DNA of 64,000 nucleotides, taken from the NCBI GenBank assembly GCA_965231215.1, contig OZ246423.1, forward strand, positions 896,001 through 960,000, read 5' to 3'. The stretch comes from Candidatus Altimarinota bacterium. Its GTDB lineage: Bacteria; Patescibacteriota; Gracilibacteria; UBA4473. Of the stretch, positions 1 through 10,319 are shown piece by piece (positions within the stretch are counted from its first letter, which is position 1; the number at the start of each line of letters is the position of its first letter). Made by a program: the position numbers and the translations under genes. A model generated the notes under the pieces. That model was given only the letters and a program-made list of their open reading frames with translations. It did not search any database and was not told the origin of the DNA.

Positions 1-1296
1 TCCAGGGCCTGGGAAGGGATGCCTCCAGACGAGTTCATGAGGCAGTCCCATAAGTTCTCCAAGAGCTCGAACTTCATCTTTATAGAGATCAGAAAGAGGT
101 TCTATGACTTTACCTTCATCGATAAGTTTTTGGATTTCAGGGACCCGGTTGTGATGCGTTTTAATCTTGGCAGAATTTTTGGTGCCGCCCGTTTCTATCG
201 TATCGGGATAGATAGTTCCTTGAGCTAAAAGCCACTCTGTTTGAGGAATTTCGGCGTTATCGTCTGCGGTACTCCCTCGCCCTATTGATTCATAGGGCTC
301 AGTCTGTTCCTCGTCGCTGCCTTGAACTTCACTCAAACCTAGGGCTTTTCCGTGCTGCGCGAAAAAGTTTCGTTGGACCTCTAAAAAAGTATTTCCAATG
401 ATTTCTCGTTTAGCTTCTGGATCGTACATATCCTTGAGATTACCGAGGAATCTGTCTGACTCTCGCATAACGGTGAGGTTGGCCCCGATGTCGGTAAGGG
501 CTTTCTCTACATATTCAACTTCGTCTTGTCGCAGGAGGCCGGTATCTACAAAGAGACCTTGGACTTTGTCGGCCCCCAAAATTTTAGAAAGTAAGGCAAA
601 AGCAACGGTTGAGTCCACTCCGCCAGAAACAAAGAGGACAATGTGTTTATCACCAATTTGTTTTTTGAGTTTGGCTTGATGGGCTTCATAAAACTTTTCA
701 ATGGTCCAGTCACCGCTGACTTGGCAGATATCCAGAAAATTTTGGAGGATTAGGTGACCGTATTCTGAATGGGTTACCTCTGGATGAAACTGAATTCCAA
801 AAAGGTTTTTGGTAGGATGCCACACAGCGGCGTTAGGGCAGAGATCTGTATCTCCACAACCTTCAAACCCGGCTCCTATTTCGGATACTTCATCTCCGTG
901 GCTCATCCAGAAGGTAGAGGTCGTGGGAATATTTTTAAAAAGAGGGCATTGGCCGTTATGAGTGAGTTCAGCTCGTCCAAATTCTTTTCCAGAGTCTTTG
1001 CCAGGAACTACTTTTCCACCGGTGGCTTGGTTGAGGAACTGGTGTCCATAACAGATACCAAGAACCGGTTTGCCCAGTTCAAAAATAGCCCGATCGCATG
1101 AAGCACTCCCTTCATCATATACACTTTGTGGTCCTCCAGAGAGGATGATGCCCTTAATGAGATCATCTTGGAAAAACGCTAAATCCACTTCATCGGGCTG
1201 ATGAATTTCTGCCAGGACATTTTCTCTTCGTATCCGGCTAGCAATCAGGTGAGCGTATTGTCCGCCAAAATCGAGAATGATGATCTTTTCGTTCAT
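1..1296 (-). CDS. guaA: GMP synthase (glutamine-hydrolysing), 3' end runs off the window
   Basis: Manual translation from ATG at 1296: MNEKIIILDFGGQYAHLIASRIRR...ILSGGPQSVY...LAQGTIYPDTIE...KTHHN...RHPFPGP, all GuaA motifs. Absent from the ORF track because there is no stop inside the window. Confidence 0.95.
   Translation of the reverse strand, partial: MNEKIIILDFGGQYAHLIASRIRRENVLAEIHQPDEVDLAFFQDDLIKGIILSGGPQSVYDEGSASCDRAIFELGKPVLGICYGHQFLNQATGGKVVPGKDSGKEFGRAELTHNGQCPLFKNIPTTSTFWMSHGDEVSEIGAGFEGCGDTDLCPNAAVWHPTKNLFGIQFHPEVTHSEYGHLILQNFLDICQVSGDWTIEKFYEAHQAKLKKQIGDKHIVLFVSGGVDSTVAFALLSKILGADKVQGLFVDTGLLRQDEVEYVEKALTDIGANLTVMRESDRFLGNLKDMYDPEAKREIIGNTFLEVQRNFFAQHGKALGLSEVQGSDEEQTEPYESIGRGSTADDNAEIPQTEWLLAQGTIYPDTIETGGTKNSAKIKTHHNRVPEIQKLIDEGKVIEPLSDLYKDEVRALGELMGLPHELVWRHPFPGPG
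239..338. repeat. Palindromic RPE-like element inserted in-frame in guaA
   Basis: Imperfect terminal inverted repeats gtttgaggaatttc (239-252) / gaacttcactcaaac (324-338) and a central hairpin gccctat-tgattc-atagggc (279-298) share one centre; coincides with ~33 extra residues in GuaA. Confidence 0.7.
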
Positions 1297-1437
1297 GGGT
1301 TGATGGTAAAGATTTTTTCAAATTTGGAAATACGGAGTTTGTACTTTAGAACTCTGAATCATGCCTGAAAGGGGAACGAGTATTGAGCGTAGATTTTTAA
1401 AAATCTGGCAAGTTGACCGGATAATCAAGAGTACAGG

Positions 1438-2421
1438 TTAAACTTTTTTATACTGCATCCACAAGTCATTGCCTAAATTTTGAGTTTCAGTTAATTCGAA
1501 ACTTTTCAAATCTAATTCTTTGCTAAAAGTGGGTTTTTTATCATTTCCTAAAAAGAGAGGTGCGGTAAAGATTTGGATTTCATCAACGATTCCTAAATTT
1601 AGAAGTTTGGTATTCATTGCTCCTCCACATTCGGTCATGAGAGAGTCTCTATTTTTTTCGATGCAATAGGGGATGAGTTCCTCCACATTATCGACTCGAT
1701 GAATGGCTCTTCCTGGAAGCGCAAAAATTTTGGCTTCTTGTGGTATTTCACTTTTTCCTAAAATAATAATTTCTCCGTCAGAGGCGGGGTGGCTTAATGT
1801 TTTCTCGAGCCTACAGTTAAGGCATGGGTCATCTTTTCTTATAGTTTCGGTTGTAGTTAAAATTGCCGAATATGCGGCTCGCATCTGGTGCACTTTTTGC
1901 CGCGAAATTTCATTCGTGATGTATTGTGTGTCACTGGTGATTTTTCCATCCAAGCTCTGGGCTATTTTGAGCGTGATGTATGGTTTTTTCTGGGTAATCC
2001 AGGTTTCAAAAAAAGGATTAAGCCCTTCACAGTCTTTATTTGGGAGGAGCTCAATATCAAGGCCTTTGGCTTTAAGTTTTTTTATATTTTCACCTTTGAA
2101 ATGCGGATCTATCGATCCTACCCATACTTTTTTTGGCTGCATTTTAACAATCAAATCACTGCAGCTTGGGGTTTTTTTCCCGTGAAAGTGATCACAGGGT
2201 TCTAGGGTAATAAACATCTCTAAATCTTGAGTTGTAGTATCCAAATGTTCATAGGCCATTCTTTCCGCGTGATCTTGCCCAAAAGCTACATGCACTCCCT
2301 GAGACACAACCTGCCCGTGACTGGTCAAAATACAGCCGACTCTTGGGTTAGGGGCGGTTCTATGTGGATCAATTTGAGCGGCTAGTTGTGCGGCTTTGGT
2401 GAGGAAGTCTTGAGGGTTCAT
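1438..2421 (-). CDS. ribD: Bifunctional riboflavin deaminase/reductase RibD
   Basis: PNPRVGC, HAE, TLEPC..H.GKKTPSC zinc motifs; K.AQSLDG reductase domain. Confidence 0.93.
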   Translation of the reverse strand: MNPQDFLTKAAQLAAQIDPHRTAPNPRVGCILTSHGQVVSQGVHVAFGQDHAERMAYEHLDTTTQDLEMFITLEPCDHFHGKKTPSCSDLIVKMQPKKVWVGSIDPHFKGENIKKLKAKGLDIELLPNKDCEGLNPFFETWITQKKPYITLKIAQSLDGKITSDTQYITNEISRQKVHQMRAAYSAILTTTETIRKDDPCLNCRLEKTLSHPASDGEIIILGKSEIPQEAKIFALPGRAIHRVDNVEELIPYCIEKNRDSLMTECGGAMNTKLLNLGIVDEIQIFTAPLFLGNDKKPTFSKELDLKSFELTETQNLGNDLWMQYKKV

Positions 2422-2432
2422 GTGAGGTGCTG

Positions 2433-5400
2433 TTAAAATCGCACTGTCTGAGCATCAATCCGGTTAAAATTTGGCTGACCTTTGAGTTTCACATAGAGCG
2501 TAATATTGACGTTGCCTCGAGTTGTTCCTTTGGCAACAAAGACTTGTTTGTATTTGGTGATATCAGTCCATTTTTCATCCAGTAATATTTTTTCTGGTTG
2601 ACTAATAACCACCTGTGCGGCTTCAACGGTTTCAGGTTTAGGGAACACCATTTCTACCGACAAGGTTCTGAATTGTTTATCTACCTTCAAAATACTTGGG
2701 TTTTTAGCCTCAATAAGGCCTTCACGAGTAATCTGAATCGGAATAGATTTTTCGCTCAAATTGTCATGAATATCCCAAGCGCGGATCATGAGGAAGGTTC
2801 GTCCCATGCGTTCGGGAGCCTCAAAGTTTCTCGTAAATGGAGCTTGAGTGTTGGTTCCTAAGCTCTGGTTATTTACAAAAAATTCGGCTTTGCTGACCCG
2901 AGATTGATGGTCTTTGATATCGGCTAAAATTTGAATATTGGAATTAATCGGAATATTTTGATTGGCTAGTGGACCGAGGAAAATGATTTCTGGCCCCGCC
3001 GTATCTTGCTCTACATTTACTCGTACCTCATCTTCTCCGGCGGCGAGATTGGCCGAAATAGCCACGGCTCGAATAGTATGGCTAGAACCCAAATCCGTGT
3101 CTTCTGGAATACTAAATCTTCCAGTGAATGGAGGCTTTTGGGCTCGGTAAATGAGTTCATCGTCAAAGTAGTATTCTACGACCTGAATGTTTTGTGGATG
3201 ATAGTTGATTTGAACTTCAACTTCCCCTGGGGTAATGGTATTTCTTGGACTCAAAATAGAGACTTCTGGCGGGTTGGCTTTGGTTTCAAATTGACTCCAA
3301 TCAATAGTCCCTTCACGTTTCATCATGTTTCTCAGTTTTCGCTGCATAAAGGGAGGCAGGTCTTTGAAATAACTTTCGGTCAGGTCGTTCATTGGATCTT
3401 TAGAATTTTCTGCATCATCTTCGTCTTTTGGCGTGTCCATTTCTACCCCGAGAGTGGCAAAGAAAAGTGGATGTTCTTGAATCCATTTTTCTACGGGTTC
3501 AATCCAATTTGGCAGGTCTGGGCGAAGTGAAGTAAGGGAGAGTATAGGGAGTGTTTTTTTGGCAAAGGCCGGTGTACGAAAATCCGCCTTTTCCCCATTA
3601 AAGATATTAATAGTTTTTACGGCTACCGAATCATCGAGTTCTGTAGGCTGGTTAAAGCTGGCAAAGTATTCTGTGACTTTGAGGTTTTCTGGTGTTTGAT
3701 CTGTGGCTAGTTTTCCTGATAACCGATTAATTTCCATAGCCAATAGGGCTTTAGATTCAAGGTATGGCTTGTCTTTGTCCCCCCCCCGCTCTTTAATGAG
3801 TTGGTCATGAGCTCCTTCCATAAAGTTTTTCCAGAGTGGGGCGGCTACAGTCAGTCCAGTAGCTCCGGATTTCATAGGTTTACCACGATTATTTCCTACC
3901 CAAAAGCCAGTTACCAAATGTGGAGAAAACCCAATAGTCCACGAATCTCCTGGGACAGTAATGAATTTTCGGTTTTCGTCTGATTCTGGTTCGGCTTCAT
4001 TAAAGGCTGGATTTTTAGCGACTCGGTTAGAAGTTCCGGTTTTGGCTCCATTGTTAATCCCTTCTATCTGCAAGAAATTATTCCAGTCAAAGTCATTAGT
4101 GGTGGGTCTTGAAGTTTCATCAGTTAATACGTTGCGTACCAAGGCGGCTACTTCGGGATCTACGGCTTCTTTTTGGTTTTGAGTGTTATCGACTTTTTCC
4201 AGGACTTTCCCTTCAGCATTCCTGATTTCCAAGATGGCAGAAGGGGGGAAGTAGGTTCCGTCATTAGTAAAAGTCTGATAAGCAGAAATGTGAGAGAGCG
4301 GTTCTACTTCGGCTACTCCTACCCCAATAGCGACTCCATGAGTATCCGCATCACCCTCGTATTTGATGCCCATTTTTCCTGCCATTTCTAGTACTTTGTT
4401 AGGCGTGGCAAGAACGGCCATTTTTACAGCCGGGATATTGAGACTCCGATTTAAAGATTCTCGGAAAGAAACTGGACCACTAAAACTTTCATCAAAATTT
4501 TGTGGTGTATATCCAGCTCCAAAATCAGTTTTGACATCAAACACCACCGTGCCTGGAGCATACCCAGCTTCAAATCCCGCAGCGTACACTATTGGTTTAA
4601 AGCTTGATCCTGGTTGGCGAGAGGAAGTCAGCACATCTACCTGTCCGTCACTTTCGGTATCAAAGAAATTTTTCCCTCCGATGTAGGCGAGGATTTCTCC
4701 ATTATCTGGATTGATACTGGTCATAGCTACATTTTCTGCGCCGTAAGTACCGACGTAGTGAGCGGTTTTTTCTTTTACCAAAGTCTCAGCCAAATTTTGA
4801 AGATCTGGGTCTAGCGTGGTGTAGATTCTTAACCCTCCTTGGTCTAGGAATTCTTTTCCGTATTTTTCTTCCAGTCTTTCTCGTACATAAAATACAAAGT
4901 GAGGAGCTTTGATATCAGTTCGGGCACGTTTGAATTCGAGTTCCAAACTTTCAGCCCAGGCCTGGTTGAACTGATCTGAAGTCACATAACCCAACTCTAA
5001 CATTCGTTGAAGGACTATGTCTTTTCTCCCTTTTTTATAAGTTCGTGGTCCTTTTGGTTTGGCTTTTTCATCGGCTTCCTCAGCGGACTCTTCGGCAACA
5101 TCAGAGGTTTGGTTTTCCTCTGCGGCTCGGGCTTCGGCCTCAGTGCTGAATTCTTCATATTCATAAAATCCCATTAAGAGATCTTTGTTTGATCCGTAAG
5201 GGCTAAACCGTGTTGGCGCTACGGGGATACTGGCCAGTATAGCACTTTCAGCGATGGTCAGGTCACGAGCGGATTTTCCAAAATAGGTTCGAGCCGCCGC
5301 CTCGATCCCGTAGGCATTGTTACCGTACGAGATTTTATTGAGATAGAGTTCTAAAATTTCATCTTTGGTATAATGCCATTCTAGTTTTATGGCAATGAGG

Positions 5401-5924
5401 AGTTCCTTGAACTTTCTTATAAATTTTCTCTCTGAGCTTAAAAATACTTGTTTAGCGAGTTGTTGGGTGATGGTAGAGCCTCCACGCCTAGGGCCAATAC
5501 CAAAAAATTCATACAAAACAGCTTTTCCGATACCTCCAATATCAAATCCAAAGTGTGAATAAAATTGATCATCTTCAATCGCCAAGGTGGCTTTGACCAC
5601 CCAAGGAGAAATTTCATCTAGAGGAATATATTCCCGATTTTCATCTCCATGGATTACGTACAAGATGTGTTCAGCGGGATTGGCGGCCGGATTCAAAGCT
5701 TCACGATCATAAATAATAGTAGATTCGGCAAAGCTGAGTTCTTCGGCATTGTCTACACTGGGGAGGAAAATAGAACCATAGGCATATAAGGCCACTAAGG
5801 TGACAATGCTTAAAATCAAGATATTTCGTTTCCAGTGTAGGCAGATTGATTTTTTTCGTTCACGCTTAAAAGGATTAAACTTTTTCCACCAGGCTTGTTT
5901 TCGTCGGAAACGTTTTATGCGCAT
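2433..5924 (-). CDS. Class A penicillin-binding protein (PBP1A family) with C-terminal Ig-like domains
   Basis: AIEDDQF, GGSTITQQL, RKFKE transglycosylase motifs; PGSSFKP, SLN, KTGT transpeptidase motifs; C-terminal beta-rich Big-like repeats. Confidence 0.92.
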   Translation of the reverse strand: MRIKRFRRKQAWWKKFNPFKRERKKSICLHWKRNILILSIVTLVALYAYGSIFLPSVDNAEELSFAESTIIYDREALNPAANPAEHILYVIHGDENREYIPLDEISPWVVKATLAIEDDQFYSHFGFDIGGIGKAVLYEFFGIGPRRGGSTITQQLAKQVFLSSERKFIRKFKELLIAIKLEWHYTKDEILELYLNKISYGNNAYGIEAAARTYFGKSARDLTIAESAILASIPVAPTRFSPYGSNKDLLMGFYEYEEFSTEAEARAAEENQTSDVAEESAEEADEKAKPKGPRTYKKGRKDIVLQRMLELGYVTSDQFNQAWAESLELEFKRARTDIKAPHFVFYVRERLEEKYGKEFLDQGGLRIYTTLDPDLQNLAETLVKEKTAHYVGTYGAENVAMTSINPDNGEILAYIGGKNFFDTESDGQVDVLTSSRQPGSSFKPIVYAAGFEAGYAPGTVVFDVKTDFGAGYTPQNFDESFSGPVSFRESLNRSLNIPAVKMAVLATPNKVLEMAGKMGIKYEGDADTHGVAIGVGVAEVEPLSHISAYQTFTNDGTYFPPSAILEIRNAEGKVLEKVDNTQNQKEAVDPEVAALVRNVLTDETSRPTTNDFDWNNFLQIEGINNGAKTGTSNRVAKNPAFNEAEPESDENRKFITVPGDSWTIGFSPHLVTGFWVGNNRGKPMKSGATGLTVAAPLWKNFMEGAHDQLIKERGGDKDKPYLESKALLAMEINRLSGKLATDQTPENLKVTEYFASFNQPTELDDSVAVKTINIFNGEKADFRTPAFAKKTLPILSLTSLRPDLPNWIEPVEKWIQEHPLFFATLGVEMDTPKDEDDAENSKDPMNDLTESYFKDLPPFMQRKLRNMMKREGTIDWSQFETKANPPEVSILSPRNTITPGEVEVQINYHPQNIQVVEYYFDDELIYRAQKPPFTGRFSIPEDTDLGSSHTIRAVAISANLAAGEDEVRVNVEQDTAGPEIIFLGPLANQNIPINSNIQILADIKDHQSRVSKAEFFVNNQSLGTNTQAPFTRNFEAPERMGRTFLMIRAWDIHDNLSEKSIPIQITREGLIEAKNPSILKVDKQFRTLSVEMVFPKPETVEAAQVVISQPEKILLDEKWTDITKYKQVFVAKGTTRGNVNITLYVKLKGQPNFNRIDAQTVRF

Positions 5925-6016
5925 ACAGAGAGGTTGTATCTAAATTATGATAAATTTCAAATACTTAAAACGAAGAAAACGTTTTTTTATGACATTTTTA
6001 AATTTTAGAATTTTTT

Positions 6017-7255
6017 CTATTCATACCGCAACGCTTCAATAGGACTTTTTTTCGCGGCTTGCCTAGCTGGATAAATACCAAAAATCATACCTATAAAAGT
6101 AGCCACTCCCACTCCCAAAAGGGCGCCTGAAATTGGGAAGACGAAAACCCAGTCCATACCGCTAAAAGTATTAATAGCATAGGTTATTAACCAGGATATC
6201 CCGGTGCCCAGCAAAATGCCAATAACGCCTCCTATACCGGTGAGCATTATGGATTCTAATAAAAATTGGGTCAAAATATCGCTCGAAGTCGCTCCTAAAG
6301 CTTTTCGTAGGCCGATTTCTCGGGTTCGTTCAGTTACACTCACCAGCATAATGTTCATAATTCCGATGCCTCCTACAATTAGAGAAATAGCAGCGACGGC
6401 TCCAAGGAAAAGAGTGAGTGTCCCGGTAACGGTACTAATAATGTCAGCGGCTTGATCCATAGTAGATACATGAAAATCGTCTTTATCTGGATCGGTAATG
6501 TCATGTAATTCTCGGATGGTGAGAGTCACATCTTCGGCTACCTGTTTAATATATTTTTCTTCCGTGGCTTTTAGTAAGATCGCCTGAAAATAATTGGTTC
6601 CAGCTAGGTATTCTTGAACCGTTGAATATGGAATGAGAATAAATTTATCTACATTCTGCATTGAAACTGTGCCGGTTTTGGGGAAAGTTCCAACAACTCG
6701 AAACCATTGTCCTTTAATTTTTATTTTTTCACCAATCGCATTGGAGTCCCCAAAAAGATCATCTTTAAGTTGCCAACCCAGAACTACCACTTTGGACTTG
6801 GCTTCAACTTCTTCATCGCTAAAAAGGTTTCCTTTGTCTGGGTAAACGTTGAGAAAGTCCATGTAATGAGCGGTAGAGCCCAAAATTTGCCCCCGGGTTC
6901 TTTCTCCTTTATAAACCACATTTTCCGAAATAATGACAAGCGGAGTAATATTTTCGACATGGGGCACGTTTGAACCTTTACTCACGGCTTCTAAATCTTT
7001 TTTCCCGACCGAATCGGTATAGATTTCAACCCTATCTGACAACCCCTTTGGAGCGGCTCCTGGTTCAAGAGAAATGGTAGTGGACCCCCAACCACTAATC
7101 TGGTTCATAATCATAGTATTTGCCCCTTTTCCAAGCGACATAACAATAATAATAGCCATCACCCCAATCACAATTCCTAAAATCGTCAGAAGTGAACGAA
7201 CTTTGTTCGTCTTCAGTCCGGTAATAGCCGTGAGAAAGGTATAAAAAAGCGACAT
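6017..7255 (-). CDS. MacB/FtsX-family ABC transporter permease
   Basis: RSLLTILGIVIGV, GGIGIMNIMLVSVTERTREIGLRKALGA, PIEALRYE. Confidence 0.92.
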   Translation of the reverse strand: MSLFYTFLTAITGLKTNKVRSLLTILGIVIGVMAIIIVMSLGKGANTMIMNQISGWGSTTISLEPGAAPKGLSDRVEIYTDSVGKKDLEAVSKGSNVPHVENITPLVIISENVVYKGERTRGQILGSTAHYMDFLNVYPDKGNLFSDEEVEAKSKVVVLGWQLKDDLFGDSNAIGEKIKIKGQWFRVVGTFPKTGTVSMQNVDKFILIPYSTVQEYLAGTNYFQAILLKATEEKYIKQVAEDVTLTIRELHDITDPDKDDFHVSTMDQAADIISTVTGTLTLFLGAVAAISLIVGGIGIMNIMLVSVTERTREIGLRKALGATSSDILTQFLLESIMLTGIGGVIGILLGTGISWLITYAINTFSGMDWVFVFPISGALLGVGVATFIGMIFGIYPARQAAKKSPIEALRYE

Positions 7256-7974
7256 TATTTGAGGGTGTGTTGATTATGGATAGGCCCAGTTATGGCACGA
7301 TCAGTTCCAACTTTTCCATCTACGATTCGAACTAGACGCTCCGCATATTCGGCCGTGCGGGTTTCATGAGTAATAAGAATGATGGTTTTACCGGCTTTGT
7401 GTAGATCTTTGATAACTTGCATGATGGTGATTCCGGTTTTTGAGTCCAGATTACCGGTAGGTTCATCAGCAAAAACCACTGAAGGTTCACACACCAATGC
7501 TCGGGCAATAGCGACTCTTTGTTTTTCTCCGCCTGAAAGTTGACCCGGATCATGATGTATTCTGTGTGAGAGACCAACAGAATCGATTGCTTTTTCGGCC
7601 ATCGAATGCCATTGTTTGGAAGGAATTTGTGAGTACAGCAAGGGAAGCTTTACATTCTCTAAAACTGAGGTTCGAGGGAGTAAATTAAAAGCCTGAAATA
7701 TAAACCCCATTTGCTGGTTTCGGATTACAGCTTTTTCTTTTTCACTGTAAGTATCAATTTGTTTTCCTTTAAAAAAATATTCTCCATTCGTGAGATCATC
7801 CAGTAATCCAATGATATTAAGCAGCGTAGATTTCCCTGATCCCGAAGGCCCCATAATAGTCACAAATTCACCTTCTTTTATAGTTACATCAATGCCATGC
7901 AAAACCTTAGTTTCCAGGTCGCCTGAAAAGTAGGATTTATGGATATCTTTGAGTTCAATAAGCGAAGATTTCAT
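7255..7974 (-). CDS. MacB/LolD-family ABC transporter ATP-binding protein
   Basis: [33 protein letters not shown]; start moved to the internal Met at 7974. Confidence 0.92.
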   Translation of the reverse strand: MKSSLIELKDIHKSYFSGDLETKVLHGIDVTIKEGEFVTIMGPSGSGKSTLLNIIGLLDDLTNGEYFFKGKQIDTYSEKEKAVIRNQQMGFIFQAFNLLPRTSVLENVKLPLLYSQIPSKQWHSMAEKAIDSVGLSHRIHHDPGQLSGGEKQRVAIARALVCEPSVVFADEPTGNLDSKTGITIMQVIKDLHKAGKTIILITHETRTAEYAERLVRIVDGKVGTDRAITGPIHNQHTLK

Positions 7975-7978
7975 AGCA

Positions 7979-9535
7979 CTATTCGAGTAAAAGTTTGTCG
8001 CCTTCTTTAAGTCCACTCAGAATTTCAATATGGCCGTTGGTATCTCTAATACCCGTTTGGACTCCAACCTCTACCACTTCTTGTGATTGGTTATGGGTTT
8101 CTAAAATTCGAACAATTTTTTCATTTCCGTCCCGGATAACTCGTCGTTGAGGAACTTTAATAATGTTTTCTTTTCGGGCAGTAATAATGTCGACATCTAC
8201 GGACATACCTGAACGAATTTCGAGTTCAATATCCTTTGGGTCAAGTGCAATTTTTACTTGATAATAAGTGACCCCTCCTACTTCGGTTTCAGCAGGTTCA
8301 ATAAATTTTACAACACTTTCGAAGGTGTGATCATCAAAGGCATCAAACATAATCTCTACCGGATCATCAATATTAATTTTGGCTACATCAATTTCCGGAA
8401 CATTGAGTTCAATTTCATAGCCTTCGCCGATCATCGAAATTAAAATTTCTTTAGCCGTCATCAGTGAAATAACTTCACCTTTTTTAGCATTTACTTTAGT
8501 AATAATTCCATCAAAGGGAGCATAGAGAATGGTTTTATTAATTTGAGCCTGGATTTGAGCCACCCGGGCTTGCGCCCCAAGAACCGCTGCTTCGTACATT
8601 TCAATTTGCTCTTCACGTGTTCCGACCTGGGTAAGATTGAGTTCTTGTGCACTTGTATCAAGTGATTTTTGAGCGATGAGTAAATTTTGCCGAGCGTTTC
8701 TGAGTCCTGAAATAGCGGTGTTAATATTGCTTTGAGTGCTACTGATACTATTTTTCCAGCTATCAAGTTTACTTTGGGATTGAGTAACCGTGACGTGAAA
8801 AGTATGGCTGATACCCACTAAGTCATCCACAAACACTTTTAGTTGATCTAGATTTTTCTCCACCTTTTGTGCCGTAAGGTCAAGATTATGCGTTGTTATT
8901 TTATGCATTTCGCTTTCCCAATTTTTCACCATTTGATCCAAATAAAAAAGCTGGTGATTGAGTTGTCCTAACTCGGTAGTATGGGTAGTGGCAAAAGCGA
9001 TTTTTGAACGGTTGTAGCCAGGATTGTAGGTAAGTCCTCGAAGAGTGTTACGAACAATAAAACTGGCAGTAGTAAAAGCTTCACGGATTTCAATTTCTAG
9101 ATCCTGTTCCGCATTTTTGAGAGTGGTTTCCGAAGAAGATTTTTTAGAAATCTGAATCTGAACTTCTTCTTCACGGTTTCCTTTTTGAGCTTCTTTAAGC
9201 TGTGCCTGAACTTGACGAAGATTGGCAATAGCTTCGGTTTTTTGAGCCCAAAGTTCTTGATTGGTAAGTTTTACAAGGGTGTCTCCACTTTTTACAGAAT
9301 CACCTACTTTTACGTACACTTCCTGAATTTTTCCATTATTTTCAAAGGTCAGGTCAGATTCATCAATGGGTTTGACTTTTCCAGTAACACTCACTTTTTG
9401 AGTGATATCAGATTTTTCAATCGTCTGATATTCATAGTCTTTTTGTTCTTCCTGGAATTTTATAAGATAAAGCGTAGTTCCAACACCCAGTAATATGCTC
9501 AGGAGAAGAAGGCGTTTCCAAGTAAAAAATTTCAT
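7979..9535 (-). CDS. MacA/HlyD-family membrane fusion (adaptor) protein
   Basis: N-terminal TM, VKVGDSVKSGD lipoyl-like motif, long coiled coil, APFDGII; operon with ABC genes. Confidence 0.88.
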   Translation of the reverse strand: MKFFTWKRLLLLSILLGVGTTLYLIKFQEEQKDYEYQTIEKSDITQKVSVTGKVKPIDESDLTFENNGKIQEVYVKVGDSVKSGDTLVKLTNQELWAQKTEAIANLRQVQAQLKEAQKGNREEEVQIQISKKSSSETTLKNAEQDLEIEIREAFTTASFIVRNTLRGLTYNPGYNRSKIAFATTHTTELGQLNHQLFYLDQMVKNWESEMHKITTHNLDLTAQKVEKNLDQLKVFVDDLVGISHTFHVTVTQSQSKLDSWKNSISSTQSNINTAISGLRNARQNLLIAQKSLDTSAQELNLTQVGTREEQIEMYEAAVLGAQARVAQIQAQINKTILYAPFDGIITKVNAKKGEVISLMTAKEILISMIGEGYEIELNVPEIDVAKINIDDPVEIMFDAFDDHTFESVVKFIEPAETEVGGVTYYQVKIALDPKDIELEIRSGMSVDVDIITARKENIIKVPQRRVIRDGNEKIVRILETHNQSQEVVEVGVQTGIRDTNGHIEILSGLKEGDKLLLE

Positions 9536-9675
9536 TAATTAAAAAATGGTAGAATTACCCCATTTTATCACATTTCTTGTATATTTACAAAACAAATACA
9601 GGCTGGATCTTTCGGTTCAAAATTGATAATTTTAAATGCATTTGAGTATAGTGTGATCAAATATTATGTTTTTCT

Positions 9676-10311
9676 ATGAAAATTGCGCCCTCCATTCTTG
9701 ATGCGGATTTTGGTAATCTTCAAACAGATATTGATTCTATTGCGACAGCCGATCGTATTCACCTGGATGTTATGGACGGGCACTATGTACCTAATATTAG
9801 TTTTGGTCCGCCGGTTTTAAAAAATATTAAATATCCTGTGCCTTATGAAGTGCACCTCATGGTGGATAACCCAGAAAAATTTGTAGAATATTTTGCCCCT
9901 ATGGGAGTTATGGGAATAACGTTTCATATAGAGAATACAGGGACAGAAAAAGCTCTAGCGCTGCTCGAAACCATTAAGAAAAAAGAAATAAAAGCGGGTA
10001 TTTGTATTGATGGATACACGGAGCCAGAAGCCTTGAGTGATGAAATTTTAGACATCACAGATCAAATACTAGTAATGTCGGTCAAAGCCGGATTTGGGGG
10101 ACAGTCTTTTATGCCCCAGTCAACCGAAAAAATTCAAACACTTCGAGCTCGAGGCTACACCGGAGAAATAGAGGTAGATGGAGGGGTCACCCTGGAGAAC
10201 GTTAAAATACTGAGCGAAGCGGGAGCCGATATAGTGGTAGTAGGAAGTTTTTTAATGAAAAAAGGGATTGAAGAAAGAGCTCAAATCATTAAGAATTTCC
10301 AGGCTATATAA
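9676..10311 (+). CDS. rpe: Ribulose-phosphate 3-epimerase
   Basis: IAPSIL.ADF, HLDVMDGHYVPNISFG, GFGGQSF, EVDGGV. Confidence 0.96.
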   Translation: MKIAPSILDADFGNLQTDIDSIATADRIHLDVMDGHYVPNISFGPPVLKNIKYPVPYEVHLMVDNPEKFVEYFAPMGVMGITFHIENTGTEKALALLETIKKKEIKAGICIDGYTEPEALSDEILDITDQILVMSVKAGFGGQSFMPQSTEKIQTLRARGYTGEIEVDGGVTLENVKILSEAGADIVVVGSFLMKKGIEERAQIIKNFQAI

Positions 10312-10319
10312 GCTCATTT

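Noticed and set aside
1297-1437. Purine riboswitch upstream of guaA, or a second RPE-like copy around palindrome agatttttaaaaatct (1391-1406)
   Set aside because: Purine riboswitch core motifs are absent; resemblance to the guaA element is too weak to support.
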